From positions 1 through 30,755 of the IMG/VR virus record IMGVR_UViG_3300031998_000511: a stretch of 30,755 nt of DNA; one strand, 5' to 3'. The notes under the pieces are model-generated. The model searched no databases, had not been told where the DNA came from, and saw only the letters and a program-made list of their open reading frames with translations. Shown here one piece after another: positions 1 through 6,417 of this stretch (within the stretch, counting starts at the first letter, position 1; each line of letters opens with the position of its first letter). A program made the translations under genes and the position numbers. The stretch comes from a virus.

Positions 1-127
1 GAAAAGGGCCTTTGTAGCGTTGAACAGGTTTTAAGCCTTGTTCCCGTCAACATCTTCGCGAAGGCGGCTGGCGTGAGCCAAGAAAAGATGTTTGAAATGT
101 TCCCAGAATTCATTTGCGCGAAGGCAA
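1..127. repeat. Terminal direct repeat, copy 1. Exact duplicate of 30629..30755, indicating a circular or circularly permuted genome written out linearly.
   Basis: Bases 1..127 (gaaaagggcctttgtagcg...catttgcgcgaaggcaa) are identical to the last 127 bases of the window. The repeat lies inside an ORF and preserves its reading frame. Confidence 0.95.
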
Positions 128-153
128 AGGAACGCACCCTTTCAATCAAGTAA
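1..153 (+). CDS. 3' end of the junction-spanning CDS that starts at 30251. Hypothetical protein, 176 aa once the circle is closed.
   Basis: Frame 1 is open from base 1 to TAA at 151..153. Base 30629 is in codon phase with ATG 30251, so 30251..30628 plus 1..153 reads as one ORF. Confidence 0.7.
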   Translation, partial: EKGLCSVEQVLSLVPVNIFAKAAGVSQEKMFEMFPEFICAKAKERTLSIK

Positions 154-175
154 CCTTTAAAACGGAGCTAAAGCA

Positions 176-400
176 ATGACAAAGAAAATATCAAAAACCC
201 AGATTATAAGGGCCGCGTTTGAAAGCGGGCGTAAGCTTACGGCGCTTGACGCTTGGAAATTGTGCCGTAGCTTGTGCCTTGCCGAGATCGTGCGCGACCT
301 TAAGAAATGCGGGCTGAATATCGTTGCGGAATACAAGACCGATAACGGGTGCCGTTTCGCGGTTTACCATCTTTTGAAAAACAAGAAAAAGGGGGCCTAA
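176..400 (+). CDS. Small winged-helix/HTH DNA-binding protein (HTH_39-like)
   Basis: The 74-aa ORF has GGAG 8 nt upstream. The pattern LTALDAWKL...LAEIVRDLKKCGLNIVAEY...GCRFAVYHL matches the remembered HTH_39 layout (helix-turn-helix, then G-x-x-I, then a beta hairpin ending Y-x-L). Confidence 0.65.
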   Translation: MTKKISKTQIIRAAFESGRKLTALDAWKLCRSLCLAEIVRDLKKCGLNIVAEYKTDNGCRFAVYHLLKNKKKGA

Positions 401-401
401 T

Positions 402-791
402 ATGGCTTATTTGAACAAATGTATGATTATCGGGAACCTTGGCAAAGACCCGACTATTGGCTACAACACCAGCGGGCGCGCCAAATGTAGCCTTTCTGTT
501 GCCGTAACGGAGCGTTACAAGGACAGCAACAACGAACAGAAAGAAATTACAAATTGGTTCAACGTTGTGTTCTGGGGCGGTATGGCCGAAACTATCAAGC
601 GCCTTGACATCAAGAAAGGAACTTGCGTTTTCGTTTCGGGCAAGATGAGCTTTAGAAGCTTCCAAGACCAAGACGGACAGACAAAATACGTTTCGGAATT
701 GGTGGCTGACAACTTGCAGATCTTGACGCCGCGACAGGGCAACGGCGGACAACAGGCGGCGCAAGGAAACGCCTATGATGTGCCGTTTTAA
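402..791 (+). CDS. ssb: Single-stranded DNA-binding protein
   Basis: N-terminus MAYLNKCMIIGNLGKDP, OB-fold core ...WFNVVFWG..AE, Gly/Gln-rich linker and a C-terminal tip ending DVPF. This is the classic bacterial/phage SSB layout. Confidence 0.9.
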   Translation: MAYLNKCMIIGNLGKDPTIGYNTSGRAKCSLSVAVTERYKDSNNEQKEITNWFNVVFWGGMAETIKRLDIKKGTCVFVSGKMSFRSFQDQDGQTKYVSELVADNLQILTPRQGNGGQQAAQGNAYDVPF

Positions 792-800
792 ACACTAACG

Positions 801-833
801 GGCGCCCGCTTGTCGGCGCGGCGCCTTTTTTTT
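801..833 (+). terminator. Rho-independent terminator after ssb
   Basis: GC stem GGCGCCCGC / GCGCGGCGCC (one bulge) with a ttgtcg loop, followed by eight T (826..833). Confidence 0.8.
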
Positions 834-860
834 CAACCTTCTATTATTGGAGCAAGGAAA

Positions 861-1226
861 ATGGATATTAAGTTGAGAAAGGATTTTTTGGCCGATGTTG
901 AAGCGGCTGTTGTAAGCGCTGAAAGAAAGCACCCGAAAATTTGCGATGACTTTTGCACACTTGAAAAAGACAGCGTAAAAGGAATGTTGGCTGAAACTAG
1001 AAGCGTAAACGATCTTTACGAAGATGCGGGAACGTCTGAATTTTATTTGGTTATTCGCGAAGAAGTGCTTGAAGCGCTGGAAGCCTTCATTGATGGCGAT
1101 TACAAACAATGCCTTAAGGAACTTTCGCAAGTTGCCGCAGTAGCAATTCGCGGTATGGAATTCGTTTACAGGCTGACGCCAGAAGCGAAGGCAAGCGAAA
1201 AGTTTAAAGGTGGCAAAAATGACTAG
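861..1226 (+). CDS. All-alpha protein, possibly MazG-like NTP pyrophosphohydrolase family (weak)
   Basis: I prefer ATG 861 with GGAG upstream. The track start at 810 lies inside the terminator. The motif EEVLEALEA...ELSQVAAVAIRGMEF resembles small phage MazG-like/dNTP-PPase helices. The family call is from memory only. Confidence 0.35.
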   Translation: MDIKLRKDFLADVEAAVVSAERKHPKICDDFCTLEKDSVKGMLAETRSVNDLYEDAGTSEFYLVIREEVLEALEAFIDGDYKQCLKELSQVAAVAIRGMEFVYRLTPEAKASEKFKGGKND

Positions 1227-1527
1227 AGTAGAATTTGAAAATTTTTGCAAGTGCTTTTTCGTTCCGTTTTCCGTTGACAGAAAACAGGCTTTCTTTATCG
1301 GGGAGCAATACGGGCTGACTAAAGCCGATGTTATGACGATCCGAAAGATTGCTGGCTTTTCTTCGCAGAAGATAAAGCCGAAGCTGACGAAGGCACAGCG
1401 CGAAAAGCTGGTAAAGGAATACGGGCGCGGCAAAATATCGCTTTCCAACCTTGCAAAGAAATACGGCGTAAGCCGCGTTGCTTGCTGGTATTGGATCAAG
1501 AAAGAAAGGGGCTTGAAAAATGGCTGA
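1210..1527 (+). CDS. Putative HTH DNA-binding protein
   Basis: 105-aa ORF with AGGTGG upstream. The C-terminal ISLSNLAKKYGVSRVACWYWIKK looks like a resolvase/transposase-type HTH. Confidence 0.5.
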   Translation: MAKMTRVEFENFCKCFFVPFSVDRKQAFFIGEQYGLTKADVMTIRKIAGFSSQKIKPKLTKAQREKLVKEYGRGKISLSNLAKKYGVSRVACWYWIKKERGLKNG

Positions 1528-1840
1528 ACTAACCGAATTTGACAAACAATGCCTTGAAAAGATACCGCCGCAAGAATTAAGAATTATTTGTGACGAAACA
1601 ATAAAAAGAGTTCAATTTGCTTTTAAAGATAGGCATAATTTTTGTATTGCGTATTGTACGGAATGTTTAAAAAAATACGATTATAAGAGCCTTATTAAAA
1701 CGCCTTGTATTGCAGACATTTTAACTTTAGATTGCCTTTGTGCAGAACATTTTAGGCAAAAGCTGGAAAGGGAGCTTTGCCAGAAGTATATTGACGAACA
1801 CAAACCGAAGCTGGATTTACAAGACTTTGCAAGGGTGTAA
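1520..1840 (+). CDS. Hypothetical Cys-rich protein
   Basis: 106-aa ORF with an SD-like AGGGG. It overlaps the upstream stop by 8 nt, and no family is recognised. Confidence 0.5.
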   Translation: MAELTEFDKQCLEKIPPQELRIICDETIKRVQFAFKDRHNFCIAYCTECLKKYDYKSLIKTPCIADILTLDCLCAEHFRQKLERELCQKYIDEHKPKLDLQDFARV

Positions 1841-1841
1841 T

Positions 1842-2222
1842 ATGGAAGTGGAGCTTGTTTTAATTCGTACAAGAATGAACGATAAAAAAAGCGGCGTCTT
1901 TGGATCGCTTTTGCTGAACGGGCATTTTATTTGCCATACGCTAGAAAACAAAGCAAAGATTATCCCTACGGGACTTTATTTCATTGAAAATTCAAAAAGC
2001 CCGAAATTCAAAAGGGAGCTTCCATTGATTTATTCGGCAGAAGTTCCAGCAAAGCGCGGTATTCGCATACATTGCGGAAACGATGCGGCGAAAGATTCGC
2101 AAGGCTGTATTCTTGTAGGAATGAAAAGAAGCGAAAGCAAGCTTATAGATTCCAGCAACGCCGAAACGATGGTTACTATGATTTGCCGAAATTGTAAACA
2201 CTTGATTATAACAGAAACGTGA
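1842..2222 (+). CDS. DUF5675-like protein. It carries an H...S-x-G-C-I-L signature reminiscent of the YkuD catalytic motif.
   Basis: Start at ATG 1842 (AGGGTG upstream), in frame with track ORF 1740..2222. The motifs GVFGSLLLNG.FICHTLE, IP.G.Y, PKFKRELPL and GIRIHCGNDAAKDSQGCILVG match the remembered DUF5675 pattern. Confidence 0.55.
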   Translation: MEVELVLIRTRMNDKKSGVFGSLLLNGHFICHTLENKAKIIPTGLYFIENSKSPKFKRELPLIYSAEVPAKRGIRIHCGNDAAKDSQGCILVGMKRSESKLIDSSNAETMVTMICRNCKHLIITET

Positions 2223-2232
2223 GAATAACAAA

Positions 2233-2454
2233 ATGATTTTCAACAGGAACAAAAAGAAAGCTTCTACAATCAAGATTGACGAAGCCGAAAACGTAGAAAT
2301 CAACGCGACTATCAAAGACGCCGCTATTGCGTTCTTTGCGCTGGCTCAATTCCTTATGGATAGCGGGCTTACCGAAGTACAGGTAAGATTGAACCTTGAC
2401 GCGGCAATAAGGCAATACAAGCGTAACAAGCGGCTGGAAAAGGCGAAGAACTAG
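2233..2454 (+). CDS. Hypothetical protein
   Basis: 73-aa ORF that fills the gap on the coding strand. No motif is recognised. Confidence 0.45.
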   Translation: MIFNRNKKKASTIKIDEAENVEINATIKDAAIAFFALAQFLMDSGLTEVQVRLNLDAAIRQYKRNKRLEKAKN

Positions 2455-2463
2455 AACGGGGTT

Positions 2464-2646
2464 TTGAAAATGGACGAGAAAAATACAAATTTCGTAGACA
2501 ACTACGAAAAATACAAATTTCGTAGGCAACTACGAAAAATAGATTGGGATTCTGTTATTAAGAACACTAAACCGAAAAAGGGGGTAATAGCTATGGCCTG
2601 TGGTGGCAAGAAAAGCGGCGGCAAGAAACCGCCCAAGAAAAAGTAA
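2464..2646 (+). CDS. Hypothetical Lys-rich small protein. Its coding status is uncertain because its 5' third is a tandem palindrome repeat.
   Basis: 60-aa ORF with GGGG 8 nt upstream and a C-terminus of GGKKSGGKKPPKKK. Codons 5..26 are encoded by the 28-bp tandem repeat. Confidence 0.35.
   Translation: MKMDEKNTNFVDNYEKYKFRRQLRKIDWDSVIKNTKPKKGVIAMACGGKKSGGKKPPKKK
2478..2541 (+). repeat. 28-bp tandem repeat (2.3 copies). Each full copy contains a 7-bp-arm palindrome.
   Basis: GAAAAATACAAATTTCGTAGACAACTAC (2478..2505), GAAAAATACAAATTTCGTAGGCAACTAC (2506..2533), then GAAAAATA. Each unit holds TTCGTAG-N4-CTACGAA. Confidence 0.9.
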
Positions 2647-2710
2647 GGCGTAGAGCCTAACACCCGTATCGTTTCGGCGGTATGTGGTTAGGCTTTATAA
2701 AGGGGCAAGA

Positions 2711-2815
2711 ATGAAACTTGTAATTTATATATTTTCTTCGCTATTCATTTTGGCGTCTTTACTGATGATGGCGGGCGCAGTTCTGTTGGGTATTGTGGAG
2801 TTCTTTAAACATTAA
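2711..2815 (+). CDS. Small hydrophobic (single-TM) peptide, 34 aa
   Basis: Below the ORF-track cutoff. AAAGGGG lies upstream of ATG 2711, and the translation is MKLVIYIFSSLFILASLLMMAGAVLLGIVEFFKH. Confidence 0.35.
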   Translation: MKLVIYIFSSLFILASLLMMAGAVLLGIVEFFKH

Positions 2816-2826
2816 AGGCGGTTATT

Positions 2827-3051
2827 ATGTGCGAATATTGCGAAAAGAAAAAATCAATTGTTTTTAACAGGTTTGTTGAAAGCCATTTATTCATAAGCAA
2901 AGAGGAAAAAAGGATTTATTGGCGGCTTGACAATATCCCTGAAAATGGGCGTACTTGTGTAAGCTATGCTGATATTGAGTTTTGCCCGATGTGCGGGCGC
3001 AAACTAAACAAACAACCGCCAGCGATGGCAAAGGAAAATAAAGATGGATAA
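2827..3051 (+). CDS. Zinc-ribbon protein
   Basis: CxxC at the N-terminus (MCEYCEKK) and CPMCG near the C-terminus. The ORF is 74 aa. Confidence 0.55.
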   Translation: MCEYCEKKKSIVFNRFVESHLFISKEEKRIYWRLDNIPENGRTCVSYADIEFCPMCGRKLNKQPPAMAKENKDG

Positions 3052-3499
3052 ATATTATTTGCTGGTAGATATTGACGGCACCCTTTCGGACGCTTCTTTT
3101 AGGGCTAAAAAGTATCTTTCAAAGGACAACCCAGATTGGGATAACTTTTACTTGGCTTGCGGTGCTGATATTCCCTTACAAGGCGTTATTTCTATTGTTT
3201 CCGTTTTGTCAAAAAGCTACGATATTGTTTTATGTAGCGGGCGCCGCGAAAGTTGCAGAGAAGCAACTGAAGCTTGGCTTAAAAATAATGCGCCCGACCT
3301 TAAATATATTGCAATGCTTTTTAGGAAAGATGGCGACTTTAGACACGATACAGAAGTTAAGCCAGAGCTTATGTTGGAATATATGAAAAAGAACAACAAG
3401 AAAGAACCATTTGCAATTTTTGAGGATCGTAATAGTATGGTTGAAAAATGGCGAAAATTAGGTTTTCTATGTTTCCAGCCGTACAACGGCGATTTTTAG
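3044..3499 (+). CDS. HAD-superfamily phosphatase (polynucleotide 3'-phosphatase-like)
   Basis: DxDxT motif (LLVDIDGTLSD), a later S-G-R, and FEDRNSMVEKWRKLGF.CFQ resembling the phosphatase domain of phage Pnk-type enzymes. Confidence 0.7.
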   Translation: MDKYYLLVDIDGTLSDASFRAKKYLSKDNPDWDNFYLACGADIPLQGVISIVSVLSKSYDIVLCSGRRESCREATEAWLKNNAPDLKYIAMLFRKDGDFRHDTEVKPELMLEYMKKNNKKEPFAIFEDRNSMVEKWRKLGFLCFQPYNGDF

Positions 3500-3501
3500 A
3501 A

Positions 3502-3536
3502 AAAGGCCCGCTTTAAAAGGCGGGCTTTCCTTTTTG
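3502..3536 (+). terminator. Rho-independent terminator
   Basis: Stem GCCCGC (3506..3511) / GCGGGC (3520..3525) with A/T extensions, followed by tttcctttttg. Confidence 0.75.
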
Positions 3537-3550
3537 AAAAAACTAATTTA
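3537..3550 (+). promoter_or_regulatory. Motif A copy 1 (AAAAAACTAATTTA), candidate late promoter or RNA signal
   Basis: Exact 14-mer immediately after the terminator, 27 nt upstream of ATG 3578, followed by AGGGT. Confidence 0.5.
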
Positions 3551-3577
3551 AGGGTATAAACCGAAAAGGGGCTTAAA

Positions 3578-3814
3578 ATGGACAGAAACGAACAGAAACA
3601 GGCAGAAGCCGTTGAAGAAAAGGACTTTTTGACCGCTATCGTAGACTTTTTTGAAAAGCTGGCCGAAAAGTACGAATTTGACGAGAACGAACAGGCGGAG
3701 TTCCGTGAGATCCTGTTTGGTGGCGAGAACGCCCGCAACGCTGGCCCGATGTATGACGCCGAAGCAGTTGAAATGGTAGAAGATACCGAAGAACCCGAAA
3801 CCGAAGAGGACTAG
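3578..3814 (+). CDS. Hypothetical acidic protein
   Basis: 78-aa ORF with AAAGGGG upstream. It is strongly Glu/Asp-rich. Confidence 0.5.
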   Translation: MDRNEQKQAEAVEEKDFLTAIVDFFEKLAEKYEFDENEQAEFREILFGGENARNAGPMYDAEAVEMVEDTEEPETEED

Positions 3815-3818
3815 CAAG

Positions 3819-4076
3819 ATGGCAAGGCCCAAGAAAGCACAAGCCGAAGCGCCGAAGGCCGAAGCAACGCCCGAAGCCGTTGAAGCTGAAAAGGCGCCAG
3901 AAGCGCCCGAAACGCCGAAGGATTCCAATGTACCGAGCGAGGAACAAAACGCCCTTGAAACGCGCGTTAAGGCCCTTGAAACGATCGTTGCGAACCTTGG
4001 CAAGCGGGTTGCAGAATTGGAACGGGTAACGGCTTACCGCAAGCCCGTAACCAGCGCCGATATTTTAGGCTTGTAA
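3819..4076 (+). CDS. Hypothetical protein with a PEA-rich N-terminus and a coiled-coil C-terminus
   Basis: 85-aa ORF with AGAGGA upstream and a heptad-like segment, ALETRVKALETIVANLGKRVAELE. Confidence 0.5.
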   Translation: MARPKKAQAEAPKAEATPEAVEAEKAPEAPETPKDSNVPSEEQNALETRVKALETIVANLGKRVAELERVTAYRKPVTSADILGL

Positions 4077-4087
4077 TAAATAAATAG

Positions 4088-4114
4088 CGTTCACGCGGAA
4101 CGCATTAAAACGCG
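4088..4114 (+). promoter_or_regulatory. Motif B copy 1: conserved hairpin CGTTC-ACGCG-GAACG plus an AAAACGCG tail
   Basis: The 15-mer CGTTCACGCGGAACG is identical to 9321..9335. Both copies are followed by (c/t)A..AAAACGCG and then an SD and an ATG. Confidence 0.45.
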
Positions 4115-4122
4115 AGGGGCAA

Positions 4123-4233
4123 ATGGAATATTTGCAAAACATAAATTTTCCGTTTTTTGGGAAATTTTCGGCTTTTAACGGCTGTTTTACTGAATGTTGC
4201 CCCCCCTTTCTAAAGGGGGTTTTTTGTGCCTAA
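4123..4233 (+). CDS. Possible 36-aa leader ORF upstream of, and overlapping, the small-terminase start
   Basis: GAGGGG lies 4 nt upstream of ATG 4123, and the translation is MEYLQNINFPFFGKFSAFNGCFTECCPPFLKGVFCA. The ORF reads through the 4200..4225 hairpin. It is below the track cutoff and may be non-coding. Confidence 0.2.
   Translation: MEYLQNINFPFFGKFSAFNGCFTECCPPFLKGVFCA
4200..4225 (+). terminator. Terminator-like hairpin plus T6. Its 3' arm is also the SD of the small-terminase gene.
   Basis: CCCCCTTT (4202..4209) pairs with AAAGGGGG (4212..4219), followed by tttttt (4220..4225) and then GTG 4226. Confidence 0.45.
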
Positions 4234-4681
4234 AGTCAAAAATCCCGTTGGGAACCCGAATATTGTAGAAGCGGGCAAGAAAACACAGATTACGCCCGAA
4301 ATCGCAAACGAATACAGGCTGAAAGGGCTTGCAATTCGGCGCCATTTGACAGAACAGAAGAAAGTCTGGGAAACACCCGCCGACCTACCGAAAGAACAGG
4401 CCGAATTTTTCGCTATGTTCGGATTTGTAGGGCCGCGCCAGAAGCTCATTGACAATAAATATAAATTCGCGTACAAGGCGCTTAAGAAAGCCTATGACAA
4501 AGGCGACCTAAACAACATTATCAAGTTTTTCCAGATGTTAGGCTTGGATTGGGCGGCAGACGCGGCGCAATTTATGGCGGCTTTCAACGCGACTATAAAC
4601 AAGCCCGAAGAAACCGACAAGAACGAACCTGTTGAATTTGTCTTTACGAGAGTTGGCGCCGATGCGGAAAATACAAATTGA
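4226..4681 (+). CDS. terS: Putative terminase small subunit (GTG start)
   Basis: The position directly upstream of and overlapping terL, the size (151 aa) and the basic N-terminus (PKVKNPVGNPNIVEAGKKT) are typical of small terminases. The call rests on position and motif only. Confidence 0.5.
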   Translation: MPKVKNPVGNPNIVEAGKKTQITPEIANEYRLKGLAIRRHLTEQKKVWETPADLPKEQAEFFAMFGFVGPRQKLIDNKYKFAYKALKKAYDKGDLNNIIKFFQMLGLDWAADAAQFMAAFNATINKPEETDKNEPVEFVFTRVGADAENTN

Positions 4682-5954
4682 CTTTCTACCGCATCAAGAC
4701 CGCCTTTTTTTCAATAATTCACGAATAAAGGGGCTTTATTGCGGGCGCGGCGCTGGCAAATCGTTCTATATGATTACAAGCGCGGCTTGCGACCTTGTAC
4801 AAGGCTTGCGCGTCCTGTACTTTTGCCAGACGAACAGCGTAATGGAAGGCCAATTTTTGCCCTTCATCATAGAAACGCTTGAAAATTGGGGCTTTAGCCC
4901 GAAAGTCAACGAAAAGAAACATATTATTAGCTTGCCCAACGGCGGGAAGCTGTTTTATTTTTCCTATGAAAACTACAAAAAGAGCCGCGGCGCTACAAAG
5001 ATCCGCAAGATTTACTTTGACGAAATAGCGCTGGGGCCGAAGCCTTCACTTTTGTTTTCGGCGGTGGCGCCCTGTATGCGAGATTCGGGCGGCATTACCG
5101 AATTGATATTTGCCAGCACCCCGAACAAGGGTAGCGAATGGGATAAATGGGTAAAAAGCCTGAAGCCAGAAAAATTCGTTATTACGGGCGTCACGATGGA
5201 CGATAACCCGAAGGCAAGCGAGGAAGAAAAACAGCTTATCAAAGACCTTATTAGCGGCGATCCTAACTTTTTACGCCAAGAGTTCTACGGGGAAATTCTG
5301 GACGATGATTTAGCGTTTTGCGTATTGCACAGCGCCGACTTTCCGCAATTCCAGCAAAGCAGACGCGGCTTTGTTTCCATCGGTTGCGATTGCGCGGGCG
5401 AGGGGCGCGACAAGTTTATTTTTTCCGCCATTGACGAAAGCGGCATTTTGGAGCTGGTGGAAACAACGAAGGCCGACACACAGGCGCAATTTTCAATTGT
5501 ACGCGAATTGGTACACAAATACGATGCGCTGCAGATCGTAATAGACAATACGGGCGGTTTCGGCAAGGGGCTTTTTGACCTTTGCAAGCGGGCTTTCCTT
5601 GTCAACGGGCGGGAAGTTGAAGTTATCGGCGTAAACTTTGGCGAGGGCGCCGAAGATAAAAAGAGCTATGCCAACGCCCGCGCGGAAATGTACTTTGAGT
5701 TTGCCGAAGGTGTCAAGAACGGCTTTTTTGTTTCCAGCGAAGCGGCCCGCGAAGAATTGACGCATACAACTTACTTTAAGACCAATTCGGGCAAGGTTCA
5801 ATTGATCGACAAGGAAGAAATAAAGGCCCTTATTGGTCGTTCCCCCGACACGGCGGATTCGCTTTGCTTGGCTTGGTACAAGCGCAAGGAAATAAAGGCC
5901 CACGCTGACGCCCGACAGGTTGCGGCGGCGTTCCTAAAGGCTTTCGGGCATTAA
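4662..5954 (+). CDS. terL: Terminase large subunit
   Basis: Walker A is GLYCGRGAGKSF and Walker B-like is KIYFDEIAL. The C-terminal nuclease-type acidic motifs are IGCDCAGEGRDKF, VIDNTGGFG and SPDTADSL. I prefer ATG 4662 over the TTG at 4632. Confidence 0.9.
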   Translation: MRKIQIDFLPHQDRLFFNNSRIKGLYCGRGAGKSFYMITSAACDLVQGLRVLYFCQTNSVMEGQFLPFIIETLENWGFSPKVNEKKHIISLPNGGKLFYFSYENYKKSRGATKIRKIYFDEIALGPKPSLLFSAVAPCMRDSGGITELIFASTPNKGSEWDKWVKSLKPEKFVITGVTMDDNPKASEEEKQLIKDLISGDPNFLRQEFYGEILDDDLAFCVLHSADFPQFQQSRRGFVSIGCDCAGEGRDKFIFSAIDESGILELVETTKADTQAQFSIVRELVHKYDALQIVIDNTGGFGKGLFDLCKRAFLVNGREVEVIGVNFGEGAEDKKSYANARAEMYFEFAEGVKNGFFVSSEAAREELTHTTYFKTNSGKVQLIDKEEIKALIGRSPDTADSLCLAWYKRKEIKAHADARQVAAAFLKAFGH

Positions 5955-5966
5955 AAAACTAATTTA
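5953..5966 (+). promoter_or_regulatory. Motif A copy 2
   Basis: Exact AAAAAACTAATTTA overlapping the terL stop (TAA 5952..5954), followed by TGGGT. The ATGs at 5966 and 5972 follow directly. Confidence 0.45.
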
Positions 5967-6415
5967 TGGGTATGAAGCTAAAAAGTTTTTACTACGAGAA
6001 TTTCCAGCCGAAGCGCTTGAAGGGCGATTTGGTGGAACTTTGCGCCGATTTGGTAGTAAATCTTTTTACAGATGTTGGCTATTTTGTGGTAATTCTTAAG
6101 GCTGGGTTTCGCTGGAACGGCGCTAGCGTTCCTTGGCTTTTGCGCTGGTTTTTGCCGAATTGGAGCAAAAAAGACGATGGTTTTAACGTTTTGAGCGCCT
6201 TCCACGATGCCGCCTTTGCCAGCTACGGATTTAACGGGCTTTTGACCTTTGAACAATGCAACGATCTTTACAGGGGCGGATTGCGCGAAATAGGTTTTGG
6301 ACGCTTCAAGGCTTCCAGCGCCTGTTTTAGCGTTAACACCTTTGCAAAAAACCATTTTGGGCAAGACGAAAACAACATTAGGCATTTGTGCCAATGCGAA
6401 AGGATAAGCGGGTAA
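5966..6415 (+). CDS. DUF1353-like protein
   Basis: GFRWNGASVPWLLRWFLP...LSAFHDAAF resembles the DUF1353 core (GF.tDGaSiP ... HD). The start could be ATG 5966 or 5972. Confidence 0.5.
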   Translation: MGMKLKSFYYENFQPKRLKGDLVELCADLVVNLFTDVGYFVVILKAGFRWNGASVPWLLRWFLPNWSKKDDGFNVLSAFHDAAFASYGFNGLLTFEQCNDLYRGGLREIGFGRFKASSACFSVNTFAKNHFGQDENNIRHLCQCERISG

Positions 6416-6417
6416 CT

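Noticed and set aside
1-127. The terminal repeats as a mobile-element LTR/IS boundary or as prophage att sites
   Set aside because: They are direct repeats located inside a continuous ORF. There is no integrase or transposase, and no host-like flanking sequence. The whole window is phage, so circular closure is the simpler reading.
2654-2694. The inverted repeat AGCCTAAC...GTTAGGCT after ORF 2464..2646 as a terminator
   Set aside because: The 8-bp stem encloses a 25-nt loop with no convincing inner pairing. It is followed by ttataaagg rather than a T-run.
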